NCBI GenBank assembly: GCA_963845065.1
Contig: CAWJQQ010000003.1
Span: 44,691-108,690 of the forward strand
Direction: 5' to 3'
DNA: 64,000 nucleotides
DNA from: Nitrospirota bacterium
GTDB lineage: Bacteria > Nitrospirota > UBA9217
In this document: positions 1 to 9,440 of the stretch, in pieces
Layout: each line of letters opens with the position of its first letter
How positions within the stretch are numbered: the stretch's first letter is position 1
Translations under genes and position numbers: made by a program
Notes under the pieces: generated by a model
The model's database searches: none
Told to the model about the DNA's origin: nothing
Seen by the model: the letters and a program-made list of their open reading frames with translations, nothing else

Positions 1-95
1 TGCAGCCGACCCGGCAAGTGAACGCAGTCGTTAAAATGTAAAAAGATCTCAAAATTTCATCGGACGTCAAATTATATCTAAGTCCTGAGGGAACA

Positions 96-1049
96 ATGCC
101 ATACAAGCACTTATTTTTTTTCAGAAATAAACGAGAGATGCTTTTTTTGCCCCTTTCTGTCCTGTTTTTGATTCTGCTATCAGTTCCTGCTGCGATTGCG
201 GAAGTATCGAGTAATCCTACTCAGACAACAGGAAGAAATGACGATAGCTTGGTTTCTGCTCCTGCTTCCACGGTCATATGCAGCTGCCCCACGACAACCC
301 AATACGCGAAGAGCAACCTTTTTACGCTTCAGCCGTATAAGCCTGTATATGCCATCGTTGCGTATAACTGGACGCTGAGCAATGGAGTTAGCGGTGTCCA
401 GAACGGGGAAATGCAATTTCAGTTGAGCTTTAAAATCCCTTTGGCGAACATCCCCTGGGCAAATGGACAGTTTGCCTTCGGGTATACCCAGGTCTCTTTT
501 TGGCAGATATTCAGCAACTCTCCCTATTTCCGCGAAACAAACTATGCGCCGGAGTTCATGAGCTATTTTGATTACAAGACAACAGCCGTAGGACTGAATA
601 ATATCCACACGACATTTGGTCTCCTCCACCAGTCAAACGGCAGGGGCGGGGAAGAAGAGCGGAGCTGGAACCGAGTGTATACCGAGGTCTTGCTCGAGTG
701 GGACCATTTTTTTCTGGGTCTGAAGCCATGGTACCGTATTCCGGAGCAGCAAAAGAGCTCGCCAACGGATGCACGGGGCGATGATAATCCTGATATCGAA
801 CGGTACCTAGGTTATGGAGAGCTTACCGCGGGATACCAGAACAAGGGGTGGTCTCTTCAGCTGACTGCCCGCAACAACCTTCTCGGCAGCCAGAACAACG
901 GATCGACCCAGCTTGATCTAACCTTACCGATTTGGCATGACGCCAAGTTTTATATTCAGGTGTTTGAGGGATATGGCTTGGATTTGATCGATTATAACCG
1001 GCGCATAACGCACATTGGCTGTGGAGTGTTGCTTGCAAAGTGGCCGTGA
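96..1049 (+). CDS. pldA: Outer-membrane phospholipase A (OMPLA/PldA family)
   Basis: 317-aa ORF with a signal-like hydrophobic N-terminus. It carries the blocks YKPVYAI, FQLSFKIPL, FGYTQVSFWQ and the catalytic-region string LLHQSNGRGG...RSWNRVYTE, which I recall as typical of OMPLA. The stop lies about 15 bp from a truncated IS copy. Confidence 0.75.
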   Translation: MPYKHLFFFRNKREMLFLPLSVLFLILLSVPAAIAEVSSNPTQTTGRNDDSLVSAPASTVICSCPTTTQYAKSNLFTLQPYKPVYAIVAYNWTLSNGVSGVQNGEMQFQLSFKIPLANIPWANGQFAFGYTQVSFWQIFSNSPYFRETNYAPEFMSYFDYKTTAVGLNNIHTTFGLLHQSNGRGGEEERSWNRVYTEVLLEWDHFFLGLKPWYRIPEQQKSSPTDARGDDNPDIERYLGYGELTAGYQNKGWSLQLTARNNLLGSQNNGSTQLDLTLPIWHDAKFYIQVFEGYGLDLIDYNRRITHIGCGVLLAKWP

Positions 1050-1063
1050 TTCCCGAAATGTCC

Positions 1064-1945
1064 AGGTCAGCAAGGAGAGCATAGATTTCTTTACCTTGCA
1101 GATCAAAGCACTCGAATCCGTTGTGGGAGAGCGGGTAGCTCTGCGGGAGCCGTACAACAAGCTTATGACGGAACCTGGCATTGGCAAGATCCTGGGCCTG
1201 ACGATTATGCTGGAGACTGGCCTATCGATCGATTTGCCGATGTTGGGAATTTTGTATCGTACTGTCGAAAGGTTTCGACCGTTTGGATCAGCAACGAGAA
1301 GCAAAAGGGCAAAGGGAACAGGTAGTGCGGTAACAAGTATCTTGCCTGGGCATTCTCAGAAGCAGCAGAACTAGCGCGTCGATTTGATAAGGACGCACGA
1401 GCCTATTACAACAGCAAAGCGCAGAAGACGAACAGGATGGTGGCGCATAATGCCCTTGCTCATAAGCTAGCGAGAGCGGCTTATTACATCATGCGGGACG
1501 GTGTGTCGTTCATGCCGGGAAAGTGCTTTGGGTGAAAGATGGCTGGGGCGGTGAACCAGCAATAGGACTGGCAAACCCATTAGAAATGATTGGCAATCCG
1601 CCCCACCCGTAGTATATATCGTTATCAGTATCTTTGCTGCCCGTGCCGTGAACTATTACAGGACTGGTCAATAACCATAAGAAATAAAAAACCCCTTGGG
1701 CGCGGCAAGGAGCCGAAGATTTTCTGGTCCACCGACGGTGGAAAGGGTCATGGAGATATCCTGCAGTACCAATGACCTTAATCCTAATGGGTGTCTGATG
1801 CAGTGAAGTATTGACATCGAATTAAATGAAATTGCGGCAATGGTGAGGATGATGGTAACGAAAAGGCTCGACGAGAAAATAAATTTTCTCGTCACAAGAT
1901 AGCTATTTTCACTTGACAGTGCCCATAAATGGATGTCCTATTTTA
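1064..1945 (+). mobile_element. 3' partial copy of the IS110-family element (transposase C-terminal half plus non-coding tail)
   Basis: Read by eye as near-identical (few mismatches) to 6519..7398. It has the same frameshifted transposase 3' half (stop 1533..1535) and the same tail. The 5' half is missing. Confidence 0.9.
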
Positions 1946-1993
1946 GGTTACAATACCCTGACGTAATTGGAGGGTACTGTGACGGAAAAGGAC

Positions 1994-2545
1994 ATGATCA
2001 CCATGAGCAGGAGAGAGACAAAAAGACTGCACATTATCCACCAAGCAATGGATAAGAGGATCACCCAGGAGAAAACAGCGGAGCTTATAGGTTTGAGCGG
2101 CAGACAGCTTCGGCGGATGCTCAAGCGTGTACGGGAGGAAGGAGATGATGGCATTAGCCACCGATCCCGCGGCAAGATCTCGCATCGTCGTGTCCCCCAG
2201 AAGATCAAAGAGAAGACACTTAAGCTGTTTAGGGAGAAGTACAGTGATTTTGGCCCTACCTTTGCCAGCGAGAAGCTTCTTGATGTTCATGAAATCAAGG
2301 TAAGCAAAGAAACTCTTCGTCTATGGCTGAATAAGGAAGATATCCCCTATGCGAAGCGCAAAGGGAGAAAGCACCGGCAGTGGCGCGAGAGAAAGCATCA
2401 TTTGGGAGAAATGGTCCAGATGGATGGTTCCCATCATGACTGGTTCGAAGGCCGGGGTCCTGAATGTGTATTAATGGGATATATCGATGATGCCACAGGA
2501 ACGGTGTCGGGACGTTTTTATGACTATGAGTGGACCATGCCGCGC
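1994..2545 (+). pseudogene. ISNCY-family (IS1202-like) transposase, N-terminal fragment only
   Basis: MSRRETKRLHIIHQAMDKRITQ (HTH) ... RKHRQWRERKHHLGEMVQMDGSHHDWFEGRGPECVLMGYIDDATG marks the start of the DDE core. Family-like sequence stops near 2545 and no C-terminal half is present. Confidence 0.65.
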
Positions 2546-2820
2546 ATAATGTTGTACACAGAATTACGAAAACTGTTAATACAAAAAACACGGGCATACG
2601 CCCGAAAGGTCTTCAGGACATGAAGCATGTTCCTTTGTTTGAGCGACGGATCACTTTTTCAGTTTCCTCCGCTGAAAAAAAAGAACATGCGCATTTGATA
2701 TACTAGAACTAATTTTATTATAGCATATGCGGCGAAATGCACTATCGTGCACTATGGTAAGAGTAATTGCAATGATGTTTCCTTCGACGACCGTAGCTAC
2801 GAGCAAAGGAGAACCATCAT

Positions 2821-3837
2821 ATGGATCTAAAGACATTGAAGAAAAATGCCAGAGAAAAACTGGAGGGCTATTGTCATGTATGTCCGGTCTGTGACGGCCG
2901 CGCTTGTGCCGGGGAAGTGCCGGGCATGGGCGGCGTGGGAACGGGTAGGTCGTTCATGGCTAATCTCGAGGCTCTGGCAAAATATCGGTTAAATATGCGC
3001 ACCATTCATGCAGTCAGGACACCTGACACGTCGCTGGAGCTGTGGGGTGAGAAGCTCGCGCTTCCCGTTCTTGCAGCACCGATGACCGGGACCCCCTATA
3101 ATATGGGCGGCAAAATGACGGAGCAGGAATTCATCGAAGAGATCGTATCCGGTTCATTGCTTACGGGCACACTGAGCATGACGGGAGACGGTGCAGACCC
3201 TTCAATGTATGAGAGCGGTTTGAAATCCGGCGCAGCGCACAAGGGGAGGACCATTGCCATCATAAAGCCGAGGTCGCAGGAGGAGATCATCAGGTATCTT
3301 GACCTCGCTGATGCAGCCGGTGTCTTGGCTGTAGGCATGGATATCGACGGCGCTGGCCTCGTCACGATGGCGATGAAAGGTCAGCCGGTCAGTCCCAAAA
3401 CATTGGCAGAAGTTAAAGAAGTCGTGTCTGCGACTAAGTTGCCGTTCATTCTGAAAGGAATCATGACTCCTGAGGAGGCGGAACTGGCAGTTGAAGCAAA
3501 AGCTGCCGCCATCGTCGTGTCAAATCACGGAGGCCGCGTCATGGATTTCACTCCCGGAACTGCCGAAGTCCTTCCCCAGATCGCAGACCGGGTACGCGGC
3601 AAAATTTTTATCTTTGCCGATGGAGGCGTCCGAAGCGGCGCCGACGTTCTTAAGATGCTTGCTTTAGGCGCCGACGCGGTTCTCATCGGAAGACCGTTGG
3701 CGATCTACGCGTTCGGCAGCGGGCGTGAAGGCGTCGCCATGCTGTTGAATACCATGAAGAATGAACTCATCCAAAGTATGCTCTTGACCGGTTCGGCAGA
3801 TGTAAAAAAAATATCTAGAGATATTCTTTTACTCTAA
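2821..3837 (+). CDS. FMN-dependent alpha-hydroxy-acid dehydrogenase/oxidase family protein with an N-terminal Cys cluster
   Basis: 338 aa. Motifs: VSNHGGR, FADGGVRSGADVLKMLALGADAVLIGRP, and N-terminal CHVCPVCDGRAC. Confidence 0.75.
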   Translation: MDLKTLKKNAREKLEGYCHVCPVCDGRACAGEVPGMGGVGTGRSFMANLEALAKYRLNMRTIHAVRTPDTSLELWGEKLALPVLAAPMTGTPYNMGGKMTEQEFIEEIVSGSLLTGTLSMTGDGADPSMYESGLKSGAAHKGRTIAIIKPRSQEEIIRYLDLADAAGVLAVGMDIDGAGLVTMAMKGQPVSPKTLAEVKEVVSATKLPFILKGIMTPEEAELAVEAKAAAIVVSNHGGRVMDFTPGTAEVLPQIADRVRGKIFIFADGGVRSGADVLKMLALGADAVLIGRPLAIYAFGSGREGVAMLLNTMKNELIQSMLLTGSADVKKISRDILLL

Positions 3838-3958
3838 GAGTCTGTCGAACTTGTGATAGCAAATCCAGCATTATAAGTTAACGGACTGCTCAGAAGCAGC
3901 CAATCATTTCAGCTTTTTCATCGGTGACGTGACTAAAAAGCAGATTATTTGTTCTTTC

Positions 3959-4509
3959 TTAACGCTTTCGGATCAAGGCATGCAGCCTTTTCAGGTTCCA
4001 GGCGATGCAAACCAGATCCCACTCCCCTTGTGCGGATTGGTAACCGAGAAGCAGGAACCTCCGGAACCCCATGACCGCCTTGATGATGCAAAAAAGACAG
4101 GTTCAACCGTACTCTTGCGCTTGGCATAGAGTTTTTTACCTGCTTGGGTCAGGAGCCGGTGCTTCATCCTGGTAACTGCATCGACATAATCCGATATGGG
4201 TGAGGGTTCTCTGAACCGTTCCATGAGCGGTTGATTATGCTGTTCCCTGCCGAAGGCAATGTACGGTTTTATCTTGCGCTTCTCACACAGGACAACATTG
4301 TCTTCACTGAAGTAGCCACTGTCGGCAAGAAGCGCATCAACGGTACCGAATGATTCTGGTAATGCCGCAAGATCATTGAGTGCCGGTTCAAGCTGCTGTT
4401 TACCGTTGGGTTGCTGGCTTACGTTATTGGTGACGATCAGCAGTGAATCGATATCCACGCCTGCTTTGGCATTGTATGCTTGTTCGAAACCACCACCGGA
4501 CTTTTTCAT
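3959..4509 (-). pseudogene. IS1182-family (IS5 superfamily) transposase, C-terminal fragment with a frameshift
   Basis: GGGFEQAYNAKAGVDIDS...ADSGYFSEDN...KRKSTVEPVF. After an extra T in a T-run near 4095, the family ending GIIKAVMGFRRFLLLGYQSAQGEWDLVCIAWNLKRL continues in another frame to a TAA at 3959..3961. The N-terminal half is absent. Confidence 0.65.
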
Positions 4510-4529
4510 GAATACTCAATCGGAACCGT

Positions 4530-4800
4530 GTAATCCCAAAATGATAATGTCCTATTCTACCAAAGTAGAAGTGTCCTATTTTAAGATATTAAGACAGTTG
4601 TTCAAATGTCAGGGGAGCCTGCATTAATGCACCTGCAAATGCTCTACGTATCGTAAACGACATAAAAGTAGTGCTAACAGAGCTTGATTGCCATGAGATC
4701 CTTAAAAAGTTCAGTTTGAGTACGGCTAGAGGCGCTTTTAATGTAAAAGAAGCGGACATTTCTATTTTGGTGTGATAGGACAGTTCTACTTTGGGACAAC
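4530..4800 (+). mobile_element. MITE-like 271-bp derivative related to the IS110-family left end
   Basis: The first ~44 nt (gtaatcccaaaatgataatgtcctattctaccaaagtagaagtg) match the left end at 5829. Internal stretches resemble the IS 5' UTR. ccaaagtagaagtgtcctat is inverted at 4774..4796. The element is flanked by the 18-nt direct repeat atactcaatcggaaccgt (4512..4529 and 4801..4818). Confidence 0.45.
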
Positions 4801-4936
4801 ATACTCAATCGGAACCGTTGACAACTCAGGGCATCAAGCATATATTCATCCATGATACTTTGTGCGGTGGGTCAACTATGTATTGTGAAGATATTAGAAT
4901 TCGCATTCCGGAATTATAATTGACGGGAGGTACTCT

Positions 4937-5416
4937 ATGTCAACAGACGATAAAGGAGCTATTGGACCGGACGCTTTGACTGGAGAATATATTGCGATTG
5001 ACTATAAGGCGCTTGGGTCCAAAATCAAGCACATTCGGGGTACTGCTACTCAGGCGGACTTCGCCAAACAATTCGGTATAACGCGGGTTGAGGTCAGCAA
5101 GATCGAGCGAGGTGAAGTCCGGCCGACTGCTGAGCTGCTTTATAATATTTGTTTGAAAAATCATTTCAGCCTTGAGTGGATGTTGTCCGGTCACGAGCCC
5201 TCACCTGAGTCCGCACAAGAAGAACTTTTTAAAGAAGAGCCTGTAAAAGCTGCGCTAGTGAAAGAGGATCCACCGGCAGTGTGCGCAACGCCGATCCTTG
5301 AAATAACCGACATGATCGAATGGTTCAGGCTGCACCCAGAAGACCTGTGCTTGGTCAATAAAATGATTCAGGGCAAGAAACTTATGCTGGATTCAATGAA
5401 GGAGCTGGAGAAATAA
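4937..5416 (+). CDS. XRE-family helix-turn-helix transcriptional regulator
   Basis: 159 aa. The HTH reads QADFAKQFGITRVEVSKIERGEVRPTAELLYNIC. A GGAGG sits upstream of the ATG. Confidence 0.7.
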   Translation: MSTDDKGAIGPDALTGEYIAIDYKALGSKIKHIRGTATQADFAKQFGITRVEVSKIERGEVRPTAELLYNICLKNHFSLEWMLSGHEPSPESAQEELFKEEPVKAALVKEDPPAVCATPILEITDMIEWFRLHPEDLCLVNKMIQGKKLMLDSMKELEK

Positions 5417-5969
5417 TAGATAAGTTACCTGCCTCGTGTTCATCGGGCGAAGAAGAATGATGCGCATCTTGTGCAATTTACACCTGTATTTGATGATTGT
5501 TTAGCCTGATCGAAATTACGGACTTGTAGATACATACTATATCGCTCCTGTCAAGAGCCAAGAGAAAATTGAGTATGTTCGATAAGATGTATATCCGAGT
5601 CGCTTACAAGGTACAGCTCTCCTTTCGGTATTTCTACCGTCATTGCTTTTATCGGTGAGTCTCTCACATCCAGACGAACGATATCTCTAATAGTTATTGC
5701 TATCCGGTGTGCCGCGCTTTCGCTCTGGCCACCTAGAATATCTTATCCAGATTCTATCGTTCAACTTTCACTCCGTCTATTACCACATACACATGCAATA
5801 TCCCATCAACATATCCCATCGACTTCATGTAATCCTAAAAAATGATAATGTCCTCTTCCGCCAAAGTAGAAGTGATAATCATATAAATGGCACCTCCGAG
5901 CATAGCAGAATCGTAAGATTTTGCTATGCTCATAGGAAAAGAGACCAATCTTAACCCTGGAGGTGCTGT

Positions 5970-6988
5970 ATGAGATTATACGCTGGCTGTGATCTGCATT
6001 CAAGCAACACCTATCTTGGCATCATCGATGAGGATGGCAAACGAGTATTCAAGAAGAAGTTATCAAACGATCGTGAAGTCATCCTGAACACACTGGCGCC
6101 ATACAAAGACAGTATCGTAGGCATCGTCGTGGAATCGACGTATAACTGGTACTGGCTAGTCGATATCCTGACGGAAGAGGGCTACAAGGTGCATTTTGCA
6201 AACACTACGAAGATCCAGGAATACTCTGGACTCAAGTATGCGGACGATCAACACGACGCCTTCTGGCTGGCCGAGATGCTCCGGCTTGGTATTCTCCCGG
6301 AGGGATATATCTATCCGAAAGAAGATCGACCGATTCGAGATTTACTCAGGAAGCGAAGTCATTTAGTACGTCTTCGAACATCGCTGATTTTAAGTCTTCA
6401 GAACATTCTTAGCCGTAACAATGGAGTCAAACTGAAGGCGAATGCTGTCAAGGCATTAACCATCGATCATGTAACTCCCTATCTTGCCGACAACGAGGAT
6501 CTAGCGTTGGCAGGAAAGGTCAGCAAGGAGAGCATAGATTTCTTTACCTTGCAGATCAAAGCACTCGAATCCGTTGTGGGAGAGCGGGTAGCTCTGCGGG
6601 AGCCGTACAATAAGCTTATGACGGAACCTGGCATTGGCAAGATCCTGGGCCTGACGATTATGCTGGAGACTGGCCTATCGATCGATTTGCCGATGTTGGT
6701 AATTTTGTATCGTACTGTCGAAAGGTTTCGACCGTTTGGATCAGCAACGAGAAGCAAAAGGGCAAAGGGAACAGGAAGTGCGGTAACAAGTATCTTGCCT
6801 GGGCATTCTCAGAAGCAGCAGAACTAGCGCGTCGATTTGATAAGGACGCACGAGCCTATTACAACAGCAAAGCGCAGAAGACGAACAGGATGGTGGCGCA
6901 TAATGCCCTTGCTCATAAGCTAGCGAGAGCGGCTTATTACATCATGCGGGACGGTGTGTCGTTCATGCCGGGAAAGTGCTTTGGGTGA
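5970..6988 (+). pseudogene. IS110-family (DEDD) transposase with one frameshift near 6673..6677
   Basis: N-terminal half: MRLYAGCDLHSSNTY...VVESTYNWYW...DDQHDAFWLAEMLRLG. After ...IMLETG the family-typical IDRFADVGNFVSYCRKVSTVWISNEKQKGKGNRKCGNKYLAWAFSEAAELARRFD...MRDGVSFMPGKCFG continues in another frame to a TGA at 6986..6988. Confidence 0.8.
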
Positions 6989-7398
6989 AAGATGGCTGGG
7001 GCGGTGAACCATCAATAGGACTGGCAAATCCATCAGAAGTGATTGGTAATCCGCCCCACCCGTAGTATATATCGTTATCAGTATCTTTGCTGCCCGTGCC
7101 GTGAACTATTACAGGACTGGTCAATAACCATAAGAAATGAAAAACCCCTTGGGCGCGGCAAGGAGCCGAAGATTTTCTGGTCCACCGACGGTGGAAAGGG
7201 TCTTGGAGATATCATTCAGTACCAATGACCTTAATCCTGATGGGTGTCTGATGCAGTGAAGTATTGACATCGAATTAAATGAAATTGCGGCAATGGTGAG
7301 GATGATGGTAACGAAAAGGCTCGACGAGAAAATAAATTTTCTCGTTACAAGATAGCTATTTTCACTTGACAGTGCCCATAAATGGATGTCCTATTTTA
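6989..7398 (+). ncRNA. Candidate structured guide (bridge/seek-type) RNA in the 3' non-coding tail of the IS110-family element
   Basis: ~410 nt with no ORF. Three helices are retained with compensatory changes in the diverged relic at 19798..20335, and a 25-nt block is identical in both (see findings). No expression data. Confidence 0.3.
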
Positions 7399-7452
7399 AG
7401 TTGCAATAATCTGACGTAATTGGAGAGTACTGTGACGGAATGGATATGATCA
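7399..7452 (+). repeat. ~55-bp remnant of the ISNCY-type left terminus (homologue of 1946..2001)
   Basis: agttgcaataatctgacgtaattggagagtactgtgacggaa... aligns with ggttacaataccctgacgtaattggagggtactgtgacggaa... at roughly 80% identity. Confidence 0.5.
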
Positions 7453-7454
7453 CT

Positions 7455-8227
7455 AAAAAGACCTCCTGGGGCGCCTTGTCTGTGAACCGATCAGAATGTA
7501 GGATGTCAAGCACTCCTTGCCGTTCGACTGAAGACAGTGCACGCGGAGGACTCGGACGTTTTATCGGCTCTATGAGAGGCGCATTTTTCCGCGCCTGCAT
7601 CCGGTAGAATCCTGAACGAGGGATATCAAGCGATTCACGTGCTGATTTGATCCCGACATCAGAGGAAAGAGTAAGAGCGGCTTCCATCACTCGTCCCCTC
7701 CGTTCTCGTCGGTCGCAATCGGGATCCTCAGAAGCTGTGATATATTTTTTGAACGTCGTTGATGATTTCTGCCTTTCTGAGGCGATTGGTAAGCCGCTCA
7801 TTCTCCTTGCGGAGCTTCTCGTTCTCTGCTGCAAGAGGATTGCGGACTGATTCCTTACGACCCCGCTTCTTGGGCTCGAGGGCTGATAGTACGCCACGAT
7901 TGCGCTGACCACGCCAGGTGCCGAGATTTGATGCATAGAGTCCCTCCTGGCGCAAGAGCTTACCAAGGCACCCAGGCGTGTTTCAGGCATCGGCAAGCGC
8001 AAGGACGCGAAACTTGTATTCAGCCGTAAAACGTCGCCGAGCGGCTTTAGCCGGAACCTCGGGGTCTGGCAGGACCGAAGACACACCTTGAGACGAATTG
8101 ACTTCTTGCGGGGCTTCGCCCCAGGGAACCTCAGTCGCCCTACGGGCCCCTTCGTTTCCCTGGGTTGCTTTGATCTTTGTTGCTATCATAATGATTTCAC
8201 CTCCCCGCCCTCTACTCTAATTTACCA
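7455..8227 (-). mobile_element. IS3-family element, 5' portion only (frameshifted orfA plus the start of orfB)
   Basis: TG-initiated terminus tggtaaattagagtagaggg (reverse complement of 8208..8227). orfA pieces lie at 8189..7983 and 7955..7728 (RRRFTAEYKFRVL..., LYASNLGTWRGQR...KKRGRK..., leucine-zipper-like ENEKLRKENERL). orfB starts ...IPRSGFYR...RALSSVERQGVLDILHSDRFTDKAPQEV and is cut near 7455. Confidence 0.7.
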
Positions 8228-8522
8228 TAGGGGAGGCGTCTCAGTTATATTGACACAGAGGGTTATACATACAGCCATCCCTCGTTGGTCGGGACAAACG
8301 TAATATCAGATACCAGTGGGCCTTTATAGTCTCGATGAATCAGTAAATTAGCAGCCAATAAGTAGTTATGCTTTGAATCAGTAGTTTTCCTGAACCTCCT
8401 TCATCAAATGGGGGAGGCTTAGGTTGTACTTTATATGTTGCTAAGAATGGCAAAATCGGAGAGGAAGCGCTTAGTGAACTTCAAGAAGATTTCTAGAAAG
8501 ATATGTGAGCTGCTTTATAAAA

Positions 8523-9440
8523 TTAGTTTCCACGTATTTCTCGCCTCACAGGTACCAGTAGAAGCGGAGTAACAGAGCGTCGAGTTACATTCGGTGTGGT
8601 ACTTCCCGACCAGAAGGCATCCATGCCGGTCTTCCCGTGAGTTGCTAGGGCGATCAGATCGGCCTCCGTCTCCTTCGCCGTGACAACAATGGTTGTGACG
8701 GGATCGCCACGAAGGACATCGGCCCTAGCCGTAATCCCTGCAGACTGTAATTTGGCTACATGACGGTGCAGGTACTCTTTAGCGTCCAGCTCTGCCAGGT
8801 CCAGCAATATATGTGTTGCTCCGGGCAGTATCTTTGCTGTGGCTGCTTCCTCGCCGGAGAGTGTGTTATACTTTTGAACTACCATAATTAGAATTAACTC
8901 GGCTCCACAGATTTTTGCTAGACTTGCCGCTACGTTTAACCCCTCTTCGTGGTCAAGGTTACCGTCCAATGTCACCAACATTCTTTTACATGTAAATGTA
9001 GGTGCGGCTCCGCTCATAGATGGCGGTATGAGCAGGATTGGCGTTGTACCAAGCCCGACTACCTGTTGCGCAATTCTACCAAACATAATGTCGTGCAGAC
9101 CCCCACGACCATGGGTGCACATTACGATCAGGTCAGAGTCTAACTCCCTCTCATGTTCAGCGATACTTTGAGCTACGTTGTTTACCTCATTGCTGTGAAT
9201 ATGCCCTTCAACCATTAATTCTGACGGAAAAGCACGTGCGACCACTTCATCAATGTATCTCCCGGCGTCGCCGGGGTTAGTCAGATGCCGTTCGCCGTGG
9301 ATTTCCTGTGGTGCATCGCGCTCAATGACGTGGAGCAGAGAGACCTTGGCTTTCAAAGCCCTGGCAAAATAAATGGCAGCGGGCAATGCCGCTTCCGCAA
9401 GGTGCGACCCGTCCAAAGGGACTAACAAATGTTTGAACAT
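8523..9440 (-). CDS. Tandem-domain universal stress protein (2 x UspA)
   Basis: 305 aa. Two USP modules: MFKHLLVPLDGS...VMCTHGRGG and MLVTLDGN...ALATHGKTG. The start abuts the mntH stop with no spacer. Confidence 0.85.
   Translation of the reverse strand: MFKHLLVPLDGSHLAEAALPAAIYFARALKAKVSLLHVIERDAPQEIHGERHLTNPGDAGRYIDEVVARAFPSELMVEGHIHSNEVNNVAQSIAEHERELDSDLIVMCTHGRGGLHDIMFGRIAQQVVGLGTTPILLIPPSMSGAAPTFTCKRMLVTLDGNLDHEEGLNVAASLAKICGAELILIMVVQKYNTLSGEEAATAKILPGATHILLDLAELDAKEYLHRHVAKLQSAGITARADVLRGDPVTTIVVTAKETEADLIALATHGKTGMDAFWSGSTTPNVTRRSVTPLLLVPVRREIRGN

Larger units (their letters stand above)
5829..7398 (+). mobile_element. Complete IS110-family insertion sequence with IS1111-like architecture (short 5' and long 3' non-coding ends)
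   Basis: The left boundary comes from the shared terminus with the MITE at 4530. The right boundary is where identity to copy 1064..1945 drops from about 97% to about 80%. Contains the DEDD-type transposase gene. Confidence 0.85.

Noticed and set aside
5440-5828. A minus-strand frame, MKSMGYVDGILHVYVVIDGVKVER… / …ITIRDIVRLDVRDSPIKAMTVEIPKGELYLVSD…, abutting the IS110 left end. I considered it as a toxin partner of the XRE regulator.
   Set aside because: It needs a frameshift and has no recognisable family. It is convergent with the XRE gene rather than co-oriented, so a toxin-antitoxin pair is not supported.
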